Shown here: positions 9,387-18,563 of the stretch, piece by piece
Layout: each line of letters opens with the position of its first letter
Position numbering within the stretch: the first letter of the stretch is position 1
NCBI GenBank assembly: GCA_963796285.1
Contig: CAWCKW010000012.1
Coordinates: 576,001-640,000 of the forward strand
DNA length: 64,000 nucleotides
Source: Nitrospirota bacterium
GTDB lineage: Bacteria; Nitrospirota; UBA9217
Direction: 5' to 3'
Notes under the pieces: generated by a model
What the model saw: only the letters and a program-made list of their open reading frames with translations
Told to the model about the DNA's origin: nothing
The model's database searches: none
Translations under genes and position numbers: made by a program

Positions 9387-10328
9387 ATGACAAAAAAAAT
9401 AGAAGTGTTCTGTCTCATGATCTTGATGATTAGTTTCTTTGCCTGCACGAAAGAGGGGAAAGCGCCTGGTCCCGGCACTTCCCCTCAACAGGGGGGAAAC
9501 GCAACGCATGCATCCAGCGAGATCGGCCGGCAATCGCGAGGGAGTACGATGGTTGGAATCATGCCGGAAAATCCGACAGTGATGACGGATATCCAGGCGG
9601 TTTATTCCGGAGTCGGTCCGGCAGCATATCAATGGAAGAAAAATTCTCTGGTAATTCCCGGACAAACAACCTACAAACTCCTGAAAAAATATTTCTTGAG
9701 GGGCGATACGATTACGGTCATTGTGACTTCAGGCGGTATCGAAGAATCGGCATCCGTCGTCATCGGCAACAGCGTGCCGAATGTTGTATCAGTCCCCTTT
9801 AGTCCGCAATACATACATGCGGGAGTCGATATCACGGTTAAGCCCGTCGGGTTTGATCCGGATGGTGATGAGGTCGGGTTCCGTTATGTATGGTCGATAA
9901 ACGGCAAGGAACTCTTAGGAGACTCACCGGTTCTGAGCGGCAACGACTTCAAGAAAGGCGATACCGTAATGCTCAAGGTAATCCCCTATGATAGAGAAGG
10001 CGATGGGGCGCCTTTTTTAACTATGGGAATGATTATTCCCAATGCTTCACCCCGTATTATATCGGTTCCCATTGAGGAGTTTCTGGGACGTGAATACACA
10101 TATCGCGTTGTAGCTGAGGACCCCGATGGCGACCCTCTTTCCTATTCTTTTGCTTCCGCGCCACAGGGAATGACTATCGACGCCAAAACGGGCGTCATTA
10201 ACTGGCGGATCGACGATAAGCCGGAGGGCGCTTATGCCGTTGAAATCGTTGCGCAGGACCCTGACGGCATCAAGGCCACACAGAAATATACTCTCTCTGT
10301 AACGCACACGGAAGGAGGCGGGAAATGA
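9387..10328 (+). CDS. Lipoprotein with tandem Ig-like repeats
   Basis: Lipobox FFAC; repeated DPDGD..Y.W and APQGMTIDAKTGVINW Ig motifs. Confidence 0.8.
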   Translation: MTKKIEVFCLMILMISFFACTKEGKAPGPGTSPQQGGNATHASSEIGRQSRGSTMVGIMPENPTVMTDIQAVYSGVGPAAYQWKKNSLVIPGQTTYKLLKKYFLRGDTITVIVTSGGIEESASVVIGNSVPNVVSVPFSPQYIHAGVDITVKPVGFDPDGDEVGFRYVWSINGKELLGDSPVLSGNDFKKGDTVMLKVIPYDREGDGAPFLTMGMIIPNASPRIISVPIEEFLGREYTYRVVAEDPDGDPLSYSFASAPQGMTIDAKTGVINWRIDDKPEGAYAVEIVAQDPDGIKATQKYTLSVTHTEGGGK

Positions 10329-10810
10329 TGCTCCGTGGCTCGACACTACGCACTATAAAGGGTTTTACCGCGATTGAGATGATAATTGTACTTGCTATTA
10401 TCAGCGTTTTATCCGCCATGGCTTTGCCGTCTTACCTTCAGTGGCGCAGAAGTATCGAAGCCAGAGAAACGGCAAGAGATTTCGTGAACATACTCAGGAA
10501 GGCGAAAAGCGAGGCACTGAGATCGAACCTGGAGCAGGAAGTGGGGTTTAACTCAGCCTTGCGACAATACGGCGGCAAAAGGCAGGGAAATCAGGCATAC
10601 AATTCCACAGCCTGGTCAGCGGCAGCGAACTGGACGAACATCAAGCCCGAAGTGACTTCTACCCCGACCATTAGTATTCGATTTCATCCCAATGGAACAT
10701 CCACAAATAGCTCAGTATTCTCCAGTGCCACCTTAACAGTAAAGGACACTGCTGGAACACGACAATTCGTGGTCTCCGTGTCTAATACGGGCATAATCTC
10801 TACAAGGTGA
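10325..10810 (+). CDS. fimT: FimT/FimU (GspH-like) minor pilin
   Basis: KG|FTAIE, ALPSY, AKSEA, IRFHPNG, VSNTG. Confidence 0.8.
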   Translation: MMLRGSTLRTIKGFTAIEMIIVLAIISVLSAMALPSYLQWRRSIEARETARDFVNILRKAKSEALRSNLEQEVGFNSALRQYGGKRQGNQAYNSTAWSAAANWTNIKPEVTSTPTISIRFHPNGTSTNSSVFSSATLTVKDTAGTRQFVVSVSNTGIISTR

Positions 10811-11118
10811 TCCGGCAGCAGCGTTCCCGTCAGTTATCATTCTCCTTTTTGCGGAATATCCCTGGTATTTGATCAGTTGATCAGCTTTCATCGTGTCGAC
10901 GTAAGTACGACTCTTCCGAGCCGAATGTCTCATAAGTCATTTAATGTACAATCTCAAGTGCATCTTTCCCATCTACCTTCACAGTAAGTACGGCCATCAA
11001 AGTTTCCTGGTTTTATATGAAAAACAAATTATAGCTGGAAATCGCAATAACGTATTAATCCTCCTGCGGTATAGAGAGAGCATCGAGAATCTCGAAATCC
11101 GACAATCAGGAGGCTTCA

Positions 11119-11610
11119 ATGGATCACAAGGATCAGCTGTCGACGTGCCCTGTTCGGGCTGAAAGAGGTTTTACGCTCACAGAATTAATCGTTGTGTTGG
11201 CCTTGCTCACCGTCCTCTCCGCTATTTCTATACCGCCCTTTGTTCAATGGATAAGCAACGCCAAATACCGCACATCTGCTCGAAATATTCTGTCCATATT
11301 GCGGGAAACAAAAAGTAAGGCCATAACCTCCAACCTGGAGCATCGGGTCGAGTTTGAATCTGAAAACCGGAGATATCGGGTTAAACGCGGAAATAGATCG
11401 AGTAACAGCAACGACTGGAGCACGGTGATATATGACTGGACCATCTTTCCTACGGGTGTAAATATGAATGCAAATGTTGCAACTATACATCTCAACCCGA
11501 ACGGCACAACCAGCGGCGGTACGATTGCGATCCAGAGTGCAATTAGTAAGACAATATTCGAAGTTCGAATCGCCAGCACTGGCAGGATTCGAATCTCGAA
11601 GGTATTATAA
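11119..11610 (+). CDS. Second FimT/FimU-like minor pilin
   Basis: AGGAGG RBS; RG|FTLTE; paralogous to 10325-10810 (SNLE..V.F, RYR..GN..NS..WS, PNGT, STGRI). Confidence 0.8.
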   Translation: MDHKDQLSTCPVRAERGFTLTELIVVLALLTVLSAISIPPFVQWISNAKYRTSARNILSILRETKSKAITSNLEHRVEFESENRRYRVKRGNRSSNSNDWSTVIYDWTIFPTGVNMNANVATIHLNPNGTTSGGTIAIQSAISKTIFEVRIASTGRIRISKVL

Positions 11611-11637
11611 TATGGAATCGGCATAACCATGAAGATG

Positions 11638-12576
11638 CGCCAGTTCTATAGCGAAGTGCAACACTTGGGGTAGCTATGCTACTCTAAGTTTCTATGCCAA
11701 AATCATATAAGCATCTGAGCCAAGAAGAACGAGAGCTCATTGCCGCCCAGCTCTCAGAAGGTTCCAGTGTCGGCGACATTGCAAAAGCCGTAGGCCGGAA
11801 CAAAAGCATGGTCTCACGCGAACTCAAGAGGAACTCTCCGCCGGAGTCCCTTCCGGGCACATGCTCGGGCTTGTGAACGAAAAACGAATGCCAATAAGCA
11901 CGAGCGATTAAAAAACGACCTCGTCAGGCACTATGTGAAGGACGGCCTGGCTCAGGGATGGTCCCCTGAACAAATCTCTGGACGGATCCGAGTAGACCAT
12001 CCAGGGCAAACCATCAATCACGAGGCTATCTATCAGTACATCTACCATCCCCAGAATCCAGATCGGGTGGAGATGGCCGAAGTCCGTTGAGAGTCGCCGT
12101 TACTATGGTCACTGGGAGGGCGACAGTCTCGTCTTCCGAAAGAGCAAGTCGGCGTTAAATAGCCTTGTCGAGCGCAAGAGCCGTTTTGTTCTAATCACCA
12201 AGCTACAGCGAACGAGCGCTGCCGAGACAAACAGGGCTGTCATTGACCGACACAAGAAGCTCCCAGCCAAGGGACGCCAAACACTCACGGTTGGACAACG
12301 GGACCGAGAATGCCAAGCACGAAACGCTCTCGGCCAAGCTTGGGATCAAATGCTACTGTGCCCATCCCTATGCATCCTGGGAGCGGGGCACTAACGAGAA
12401 CATCAACGGGCTCATCCGGTGGTACTTGCCAAAGGGTACCGACTTTAGTAAGATTGCTTCCGAGCAGATAGCTTGGATTGAATATCTTCTTAACAGCCGA
12501 CCGAGGAAGTGCCTCGGTTACAGAACACCATTGGAGGTCGCGGCCTCAAGCCGTAGCACTTCGAGATAGAATCCGC
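11638..12576 (+). mobile_element. Decayed IS30-family insertion sequence
   Basis: Imperfect terminal IRs (cagttctatagcgaagtgcaac vs reverse complement ggattctatctcgaagtgctac); transposase fragments inside. Confidence 0.85.
11694..12569 (+). pseudogene. IS30 transposase, frameshifted and internally deleted
   Basis: YKHLSQEER..IAKAVGRNKSMVSRELKRN HTH; WSPEQISG; HWEGD; DNGTE; PYASWERGTNENINGLIR; LNSRPRKCLGYRTP, spread over different frames. Confidence 0.88.
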
Positions 12577-12588
12577 GGATGTCGTAAA

Positions 12589-12625
12589 AAGTCATGATCA
12601 CCGACTACGCCGGTGATCATGACTT
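12589..12625. repeat. Perfect 15-bp inverted repeat with 7-nt loop
   Basis: AAGTCATGATCACCG-ACTACGC-CGGTGATCATGACTT. Confidence 0.85.
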
Positions 12626-12850
12626 GGAACACCATGTGGTGTATGCAGCAACCAAAAAACAGTATCATATGACACAGGGAACCCCTTAAACAGCATCACG
12701 TCATGGGCAAGTATTCTCAATCTGTTCCGAACTTCCTGCCGGTGTTCAAATAAATCGAACGTCAATACCTTACAGATGAATTAAATCGCCACCATGAACA
12801 GTGACACCATAGGCATTCAAAATGACGCTTTGAAAACGGTCTATGAGATG
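12621..12850 (+). pseudogene. Remnant of a third FimT-like pilin (3' half)
   Basis: Fragments DLEHHVVY..KQY....G / SWASIL / LPAGVQIN / NVNTLQMN* / DTIGIQND..KTVYEM align by eye with the C-terminal half of 11119-11610. Confidence 0.65.
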
Positions 12851-12895
12851 GACGGATCCGCTTACCACCATATTATTAACGGTGTATGATTACAT

Positions 12896-12979
12896 CGTTA
12901 TAGTGAGCGACCACCGGGCGCTTGGCAATCTGGCTGTAAAATTTAGGATTGCTTCGTCGCAACGTTCCTCGCAATGACG
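12896..12979. repeat. REP/RPE-like palindromic element (GTCATTGCGAG...GCAATC type)
   Basis: Right half GATTGCTTCGTCGCAACGTTCCTCGCAATGAC; degenerate left half cgttatagtgagcg...ggcaatct. Confidence 0.65.
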
Positions 12980-13009
12980 CGTTGTTGAGTGTGTTTGCAT
13001 TAGTACATC

Positions 13010-13038
13010 TTGACACTCTTAACTATACGGTTTATCCT
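13010..13038 (+). promoter_or_regulatory. Sigma70 promoter of maf (predicted leaderless transcript)
   Basis: TTGACA-17-TATCCT, ATG 7 nt after the -10. Confidence 0.65.
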
Positions 13039-13045
13039 GAGGAAC

Positions 13046-13621
13046 ATGAAAACGCCCATCATTCTCGCGTCAAACTCGCCTCGCCGCAAAGAGCTGCTGC
13101 GTCAGCTCGGTCTGGATTTCAGCATCGATCCGGCCGATGTGGACGAGCGCGTTCTGCCTAATGAAGTGCCGGAAGGATATGCTGTGCGGGTAGCGCTCGA
13201 CAAGGCGCGTCTCGCGGCCGCGCGGGCAGTCTCCGGCATTGTTATTGCCGCAGATACTATTGTTGTCGTTGATGACGAAATACTCGGTAAGCCGGCAGAT
13301 GCGAGTGATGCCGAACGAATGCTCAAAATGCTCTCCGGAAAAGCACATCGCGTGATCACCGGCCTTGCGGTCATGGATGTTGCTACGGGAAAGACCGTTA
13401 CCCGAACCTCGATCACCCGTGTCTGGTTCCGTCGCCTTGCGCAGCAGGAGATAGTTTCCTATATTGCCACCGGCGAACCACTCGACAAGGCCGGCGCTTA
13501 CGGCATCCAGGAACGAGGTGCTTTGCTGGTTGACAAGATAGATGGGTGCTATTTCAACGTCGTCGGACTACCGCTCTCACTACTCGGGAAACTGCTCCTT
13601 GATTTTGGCATTAATATGTAG
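13046..13621 (+). CDS. maf: Maf family nucleoside triphosphate pyrophosphatase
   Basis: IILASNSPRRKELL, AADTIV, ILGKP, DKAGAYGIQ, NVVGLP. Confidence 0.95.
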   Translation: MKTPIILASNSPRRKELLRQLGLDFSIDPADVDERVLPNEVPEGYAVRVALDKARLAAARAVSGIVIAADTIVVVDDEILGKPADASDAERMLKMLSGKAHRVITGLAVMDVATGKTVTRTSITRVWFRRLAQQEIVSYIATGEPLDKAGAYGIQERGALLVDKIDGCYFNVVGLPLSLLGKLLLDFGINM

Positions 13622-13692
13622 GCGTCGCGATATAACAGCACCGACCAGTTGCATTAAAATGCACTTCATCCTTTTTTATTACACGTCAGGCC

Positions 13693-13721
13693 TTGACAGC
13701 CGATCAATATCATACTAAAAT
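13693..13721 (+). promoter_or_regulatory. Sigma70 promoter of the LuxR regulator
   Basis: TTGACA-17-TAAAAT. Confidence 0.65.
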
Positions 13722-13758
13722 ACTAACATATCCAACCGATACGGAAACGGGGGTTGTT

Positions 13759-14403
13759 ATGTCTATAATTCGTATAATGATCGTTGCAAACGACCCAAAT
13801 CAGATGCAAGCGCTTAACGCTGCACTTGACCAGCAGGATACAATGGGTATTATTTCAATTGTATCCTCGAGTGAAACCGCTATTAAGCAGCTGACAGCCT
13901 CTCCCGATATCATGCTCTTAAATCCCGAGGTGCTGAAAAAACATACTCTCTCGCGATTTATACACGCGATCCATACAAAGTCGTCCCGGACAAGGATCAT
14001 TCATCTTCTGCAGCGAACTCCTCCCGATGAAGATCTTATATATGACATCAAGGCGGGTGTCAGGGGATACATCAAGACGACCGATTCGCCTGCGATCATG
14101 ATAAAAGCAATTCAAGCTGTATTCAATGGAGAAATTTGGGCTGAACGCAGGATCCTGGAAAAGGCGATTTCAAATCCCGTGTTGTTGCCCGAGATACTTA
14201 ACGTGAACGTCCCGGGGCTTGCACCGCTTACGAGCCGGGAGAAGGAAATGCTCACCCTGGTCATGAAGGGTGAATCGAATAAGGAGATCGCGGCCAGGAG
14301 CAGTATCAGCGAGCGAACAGTAAAGACCCATCTGTATCGTGTATATCGGAAACTGAATGTTAAGAGCAGGACCAAAGCAATTGCATTATTCTCGCATTCG
14401 TAA
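13759..14403 (+). CDS. NarL/LuxR-family regulator with degenerate receiver domain (CsgD/VpsT-like)
   Basis: LTSREKEML...GESNKEIA....ISERTVKTHLYRVYRKL HTH; receiver reads IVAND and DIMLLN (phospho-Asp is Asn). Confidence 0.9.
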   Translation: MSIIRIMIVANDPNQMQALNAALDQQDTMGIISIVSSSETAIKQLTASPDIMLLNPEVLKKHTLSRFIHAIHTKSSRTRIIHLLQRTPPDEDLIYDIKAGVRGYIKTTDSPAIMIKAIQAVFNGEIWAERRILEKAISNPVLLPEILNVNVPGLAPLTSREKEMLTLVMKGESNKEIAARSSISERTVKTHLYRVYRKLNVKSRTKAIALFSHS

Positions 14404-14423
14404 CATTATTGGTTTCATCATTA

Positions 14424-14469
14424 AATACGACTTTAGGTCTATTGACATACAATCTTAAACTGCTATCCT
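14424..14469 (+). promoter_or_regulatory. 7-2-7 NarL/LuxR-type operator abutting a sigma70 promoter
   Basis: TACGACT-TT-AGGTCTA (14426-14441), then TTGACA (14442-47), 16-nt spacer ending in TGC, TATCCT (14464-69). Confidence 0.6.
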
Positions 14470-14475
14470 TTAACC

Positions 14476-14704
14476 AAATACTGCGCTGTGCCATTGCTCT
14501 CAGGTGAACAGAAGCTGGTACATTGGCGAGAAACTTCTATCCCCCCATGAATAAAGTTTAAGCCGACCAGAATCTATCACCAGGACGCAATAGTAAACAA
14601 CCAGTTAAAATAATTAGGTTTTGCAGCGCAGTAATGAAGGCGTCTTGATGACAAGTTGAGAGGAGAGATCCTTTCACAAAAAACATCGGGGCGCCTTGTT
14701 TTTT
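14476..14704 (+). ncRNA. Candidate structured non-coding RNA of unknown family
   Basis: Own promoter; nested helices with G-U pairs that work only on the + strand; final hairpin plus T6; no credible ORF. Confidence 0.6.
14637..14704 (+). terminator. Long hairpin with GAGA tetraloop followed by T-tract
   Basis: AAGGCGTCTTGATG / CATCGGGGCGCCTT and TGAGAGGA-GAGA-TCCTTTCA, then GTTTTTT. Confidence 0.6.
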
Positions 14705-14814
14705 CCCCCTTTCAACAGAGCTGCACCAGCACTCCGATTCAATCTTCAACCAATCTAGTTGCGATTCCCACTCAAGCCTTGACGAGGCTGCAGAATGACT
14801 GTATCATGCGACCC

Positions 14815-16059
14815 ATGTCTGCCGTGCTTTTCACTGCCTATCTTTTCATCCTGGGGACCGGCTATTGGCTCAAGTACCTGAACCTTGCGTATTTAAAAGT
14901 TCATGGTAAAACCGTGCCTCCTGAATTTAAGGGTGTGGTCGGTCCGGCGCAACTGGAAAAAATATCCGATTATACATTGGAGAACAGCCGTGTCGGTTAT
15001 TTTGAATCAATCCTCGGTAACATCCTCACCATCCTCTTCCTTTTTGCCGGACTGCTCGGCGTCTACGATCGTTGGATACTTTCGCTAACCGGCTCGCTGC
15101 TCTGGGGAGGTTTGCTTTTTTCCCTCATCATGCTGTATGCTGAAACGCTGATCGATATTCCCTTCAGCCTCTACAGAAACTTCAAGATCGAAAATCGCTA
15201 TGGATTCAATACCATGACCATGCGTCTCTGGTTTATTGATCTGATAAAGTCAATCACGATCTCAACGGTCATTGGTTCTGTAGTCGTTCTCTCGGCGCTC
15301 GCGATCATCCAGGCCAGCCCCTCCTGGTGGTGGCTCTGGGTATGGATGTTTCTCTTGGTCTTCGGTATTTTCGTCATGTATATTTCGCCTTATGTCATTG
15401 AACCGCTCTTTTTTAAATTTGAACCGGTGAAAGCGGAGGGATTGGAAGAGAAGGTGCGCGTACTGATGGAACGCGCCGGTCTTAAGGTCGGCCGCGTGTT
15501 CCAGGTGGATGCGTCCCGCAGAAGCCGCCATTCGAATGCATACTTCACCGGCATCGGCAGGGTAAAGCGGATCGTATTGTTTGATACCCTGTTAGATCAA
15601 ATGACACACGAGGAGATCCTCGCGGTCCTTGCGCACGAGGTAGGCCATTGGAAGATGCGGCATGTGCTGAAGCGGATCGTCCTGACGGAGGCAATGGCGT
15701 TTTGCGGGTTGTTCCTGGCATTTCATCTTCTCTCGTGGGACGGGCTGCCGGGCATGATCGGACTCGCCAATGCATCGTTCTTCGCAAGGGTCGTTATCCT
15801 GGGATTTCTAAGCTCATTGGCCATGTTCCCGCTTACCCCGCTCTTTTCCTCTCTCTCGCGGAGAGACGAGCGCGAGGCGGACCAGTATGCTTCGGATCTT
15901 ACCGGTCGTCCTGATGCCATGGCGTCCGCCCTGGTGAAGCTTTCGCGGGAGAATCTTGCCAATCTGCACCCTCATCCGCTCTATGCGAAGTTCCACTACT
16001 CTCATCCGCCGGTTGTGGAGAGGATACGGAAGTTGAAGGCAGGAGCTACTAGCCAGTAG
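14815..16059 (+). CDS. M48 family (Ste24-like) membrane zinc metallopeptidase
   Basis: NAYFTG, RIVLFDTL, AHEVGH (HExxH), EREAD, YSHPP; start set at ATG 14815 behind TTGACG-17-TATCAT. Confidence 0.93.
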   Translation: MSAVLFTAYLFILGTGYWLKYLNLAYLKVHGKTVPPEFKGVVGPAQLEKISDYTLENSRVGYFESILGNILTILFLFAGLLGVYDRWILSLTGSLLWGGLLFSLIMLYAETLIDIPFSLYRNFKIENRYGFNTMTMRLWFIDLIKSITISTVIGSVVVLSALAIIQASPSWWWLWVWMFLLVFGIFVMYISPYVIEPLFFKFEPVKAEGLEEKVRVLMERAGLKVGRVFQVDASRRSRHSNAYFTGIGRVKRIVLFDTLLDQMTHEEILAVLAHEVGHWKMRHVLKRIVLTEAMAFCGLFLAFHLLSWDGLPGMIGLANASFFARVVILGFLSSLAMFPLTPLFSSLSRRDEREADQYASDLTGRPDAMASALVKLSRENLANLHPHPLYAKFHYSHPPVVERIRKLKAGATSQ

Positions 16060-16135
16060 TCAGGAGTCAGGGAAAATCCATTTTTGCCGCCTATCCGTTC
16101 GTCTTGCTGCCTTCTGTTTCTATCTCCCGGTCCTT
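16044..16135. repeat. Period-7 repeat (AGCCAGT AGTCAGG AGTCAGG) with a weak pyrimidine-rich return arm
   Basis: Tandem heptamers at 16044-16071; the M48 stop codon lies inside them. Confidence 0.5.
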
Positions 16136-16188
16136 GTCCCTACACTTTCCCATTGACCACCATCGTCATGTTGTGCTATTTTTGGACC

Positions 16189-16440
16189 ATGAAGAATCCC
16201 GCCTCTACTGCCCGCCTTGAACAGAAAGTGAAGCGTCTCTCAACGCTTATCGAAGTGAATGCTCTTAGCAGCTCGACTCTCAATCTTGACCAGAACCTTG
16301 AGAACATGATGGCAATCTCCAAGCAGGCGATAGATGCGGAAAGAAGAATATTGATGAAGTGGTGGTGCATGTCAGGGACGCGGGGAAGAACGTGAAAGAC
16401 GCTTCCGAAGAGATAAAGAAAGCCCGTGGAAGCTGCTTAG
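16189..16440 (+). pseudogene. Chimeric remnant: GAF-sensor N-terminus joined to an unrelated coiled-coil C-terminus
   Basis: RLSTLIEVNALSSSTLNLDQNLENMM..SKQAIDAE is a GAF-entry helix; another frame then reads KNIDEVVVHVRDAGKNVKDASEEIKKA.. Confidence 0.5.
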
Positions 16441-16569
16441 GAAGCCTTGATGTAGTAGTGAAGAGAACGTGAATAGATATTACAAAAATAGAGACTGGAT
16501 ATCGGGACAGTGATTGAACCTCAATCACTTAATCTCTTTTTTCTATTATGTCATTCTAAAGGAGTCTGA

Positions 16570-17827
16570 ATGTCGATCCAGGCAATTAAAGGTGTGAAGG
16601 ATGTGCTGCCGTCGGACATGCCGGTATGGCAATACCTCGAGGCGACGGCGCGCAGGCTGTTTGAGGACTTTGGGTTTGCCGAGATACGGGTCCCGGTTTT
16701 CGAATATACGGAACTGTTTGCCCGGAGCATCGGTACGTCAACGGACATTGTTGAGAAGGAAATGTATACCTTTGAGGACCGCGACGGGAGAAAGATCACG
16801 CTCAGGCCGGAGGGGACCGCGGGCGTGGTGCGCGCGTTCGTCGAGCACAAACTGTATGCCGATTCCCAGCTGACGAAACTGTATTATCTGGGCCCCATGT
16901 TCCGGCATGAGCGGCCGCAGAAAGGGCCGTTATCGCCAGTTCTACCAGATCGGCGTTGAAGCGATCGGACTCGACCATCCTCATGTCGATATCGAGGTCC
17001 TGGCGATGCTGCACGCTCTTTTCGCCAGACTCGGCATTACGGGCCTGAGCCTTCAGATCAATTCCCTCGGCGACAACGAGTGCCGGGGAGCATACCGGGA
17101 CGCGCTCAAACAGTATTTATCGACAAAACTTCCGACCTTGTGCGCGGACTGCCGGCGGAGGTACGAGACCAACCCGCTCCGCGTCCTGGACTGCAAGGTG
17201 GATGCGGACAAGTTCATGGACTCGCCGGTCATGCTCGATTATCTCTGCGATCCCTGCAAGTCGCATTTCGAGACCGTAGAACAGGGGCTGCGCAAGCTCG
17301 GGATCCCTTTTGAGGTCAACAAGCGCCTGGTGCGCGGACTGGACTATTATACCCGCACGACATTCGAGCTGGTCATGGGGCATATGGGCGCGCAGAATAC
17401 CGTGGCCGCGGGCGGCAGGTATGACGGTCTGGTCAAGGAGATCGGCGGTCCGGCAACTCCTGGGATCGGTTTTGCGCTCGGCGTCGAGCGGGCGATATCG
17501 CTCATGGATACCAGCAACGTGGTGTTTCCCCGGCCCGCGCTCTTCATTGCCGCGCTTGGTCCGGATGCCGTGGCGCTGGTGCTTCCGATCGTCCATCATC
17601 TCAAATCGTCAGGGATCCCGGTTGAGACGGATTATACGGGAGCAAGCCTCAAGAGCCAGATGAAGAAGGCGGACAAATCAGGCGCCGGCCACACGCTGAT
17701 CATCGGGGAACAGGAAATGAAGAACGGGATAGCGATCCTCCGCAATATGCAGAACAAGGAACAGGCCGAGATCGCTCTCGTGAACATAGAAGAGGAACTG
17801 AAAAACAGAATGGCACGCCGAGCATGA
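16570..17827 (+). CDS. hisS: Histidine--tRNA ligase (one indel at ~16926)
   Basis: [56 protein letters not shown]. Confidence 0.96.
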
Positions 17828-18303
17828 GAGTTGGCGTGCTTTCAGACACTCATGTGCCGGCCGCTGCGCGGTCGCTTCCTCCGGTCGTCTTCGAACTTTT
17901 TAAGAACGTTGACCTCATTCTCCATGCCGGTGATATCGTTGATCTGTCCGTGCTCGACGAACTCAGGACTATCGCGCCCGTCGAGGCAGTCGCAGGCAAC
18001 ATGGACGGTTCCGAGGCCCATCTGACACTTCCCACTAAGAAGATCATCCTTCTCGGCGCCTTCAAGACCGGACTGATACATGGTAAATATAAAATAGATA
18101 TTCAGCGCGAGATGATCAGGAAAGAGTTCGATGATATTGATCTGATCGTCTACGGACATTCGCATACGCCCTTCTGGGGAAAGATCCACGGCGTATATTT
18201 CCTAAATCCGGGAAGCCCGACCGATAAACGGCATGCGCCGTACAATTCAGTCGCATTACTTGAGGTTGGGGACGAGTTGAAGGCGGAGATCATAAGAATA
18301 TGA
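17824..18303 (+). CDS. YfcE/MJ0936-type metallophosphoesterase
   Basis: SDTH, HAGD, GNMD, HG, GHSH, NPGS. Confidence 0.92.
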   Translation: MRVGVLSDTHVPAAARSLPPVVFELFKNVDLILHAGDIVDLSVLDELRTIAPVEAVAGNMDGSEAHLTLPTKKIILLGAFKTGLIHGKYKIDIQREMIRKEFDDIDLIVYGHSHTPFWGKIHGVYFLNPGSPTDKRHAPYNSVALLEVGDELKAEIIRI

Positions 18304-18563
18304 TGACGAACGGGGCGTTGATCGATCATTTCCCTTGCGTTCATTACCGAATAAGACTATCGGATATCTGCGGTTGGAACAGTTGCAGGCAAGAAATCAA
18401 TGATCAGGCAGTCGTGTAAGCAACTGGACATGATCCTTAATCTGTCCGCATCAGATACTTTCATCGGCAAGGACGATAACGATACGGTTGATCGCAGGGA
18501 ATATGCGGACAACATCGTTTTAAGTTGCAAAGGACTCTGCTTTGTGATAAATTTCGACCATCT

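Noticed and set aside
10901-10995. GTAAGTACG direct repeat and an exact TACGACT heptamer upstream of the second fimT, suggesting control by the LuxR regulator
   Set aside because: Half-sites only, with no 7-2-7 partner; could be chance
14476-14635. Retron msr-msd or 6S RNA interpretation of the structured RNA
   Set aside because: No reverse transcriptase in the window; the closing stem is too short and there is no two-sided central bubble as in 6S
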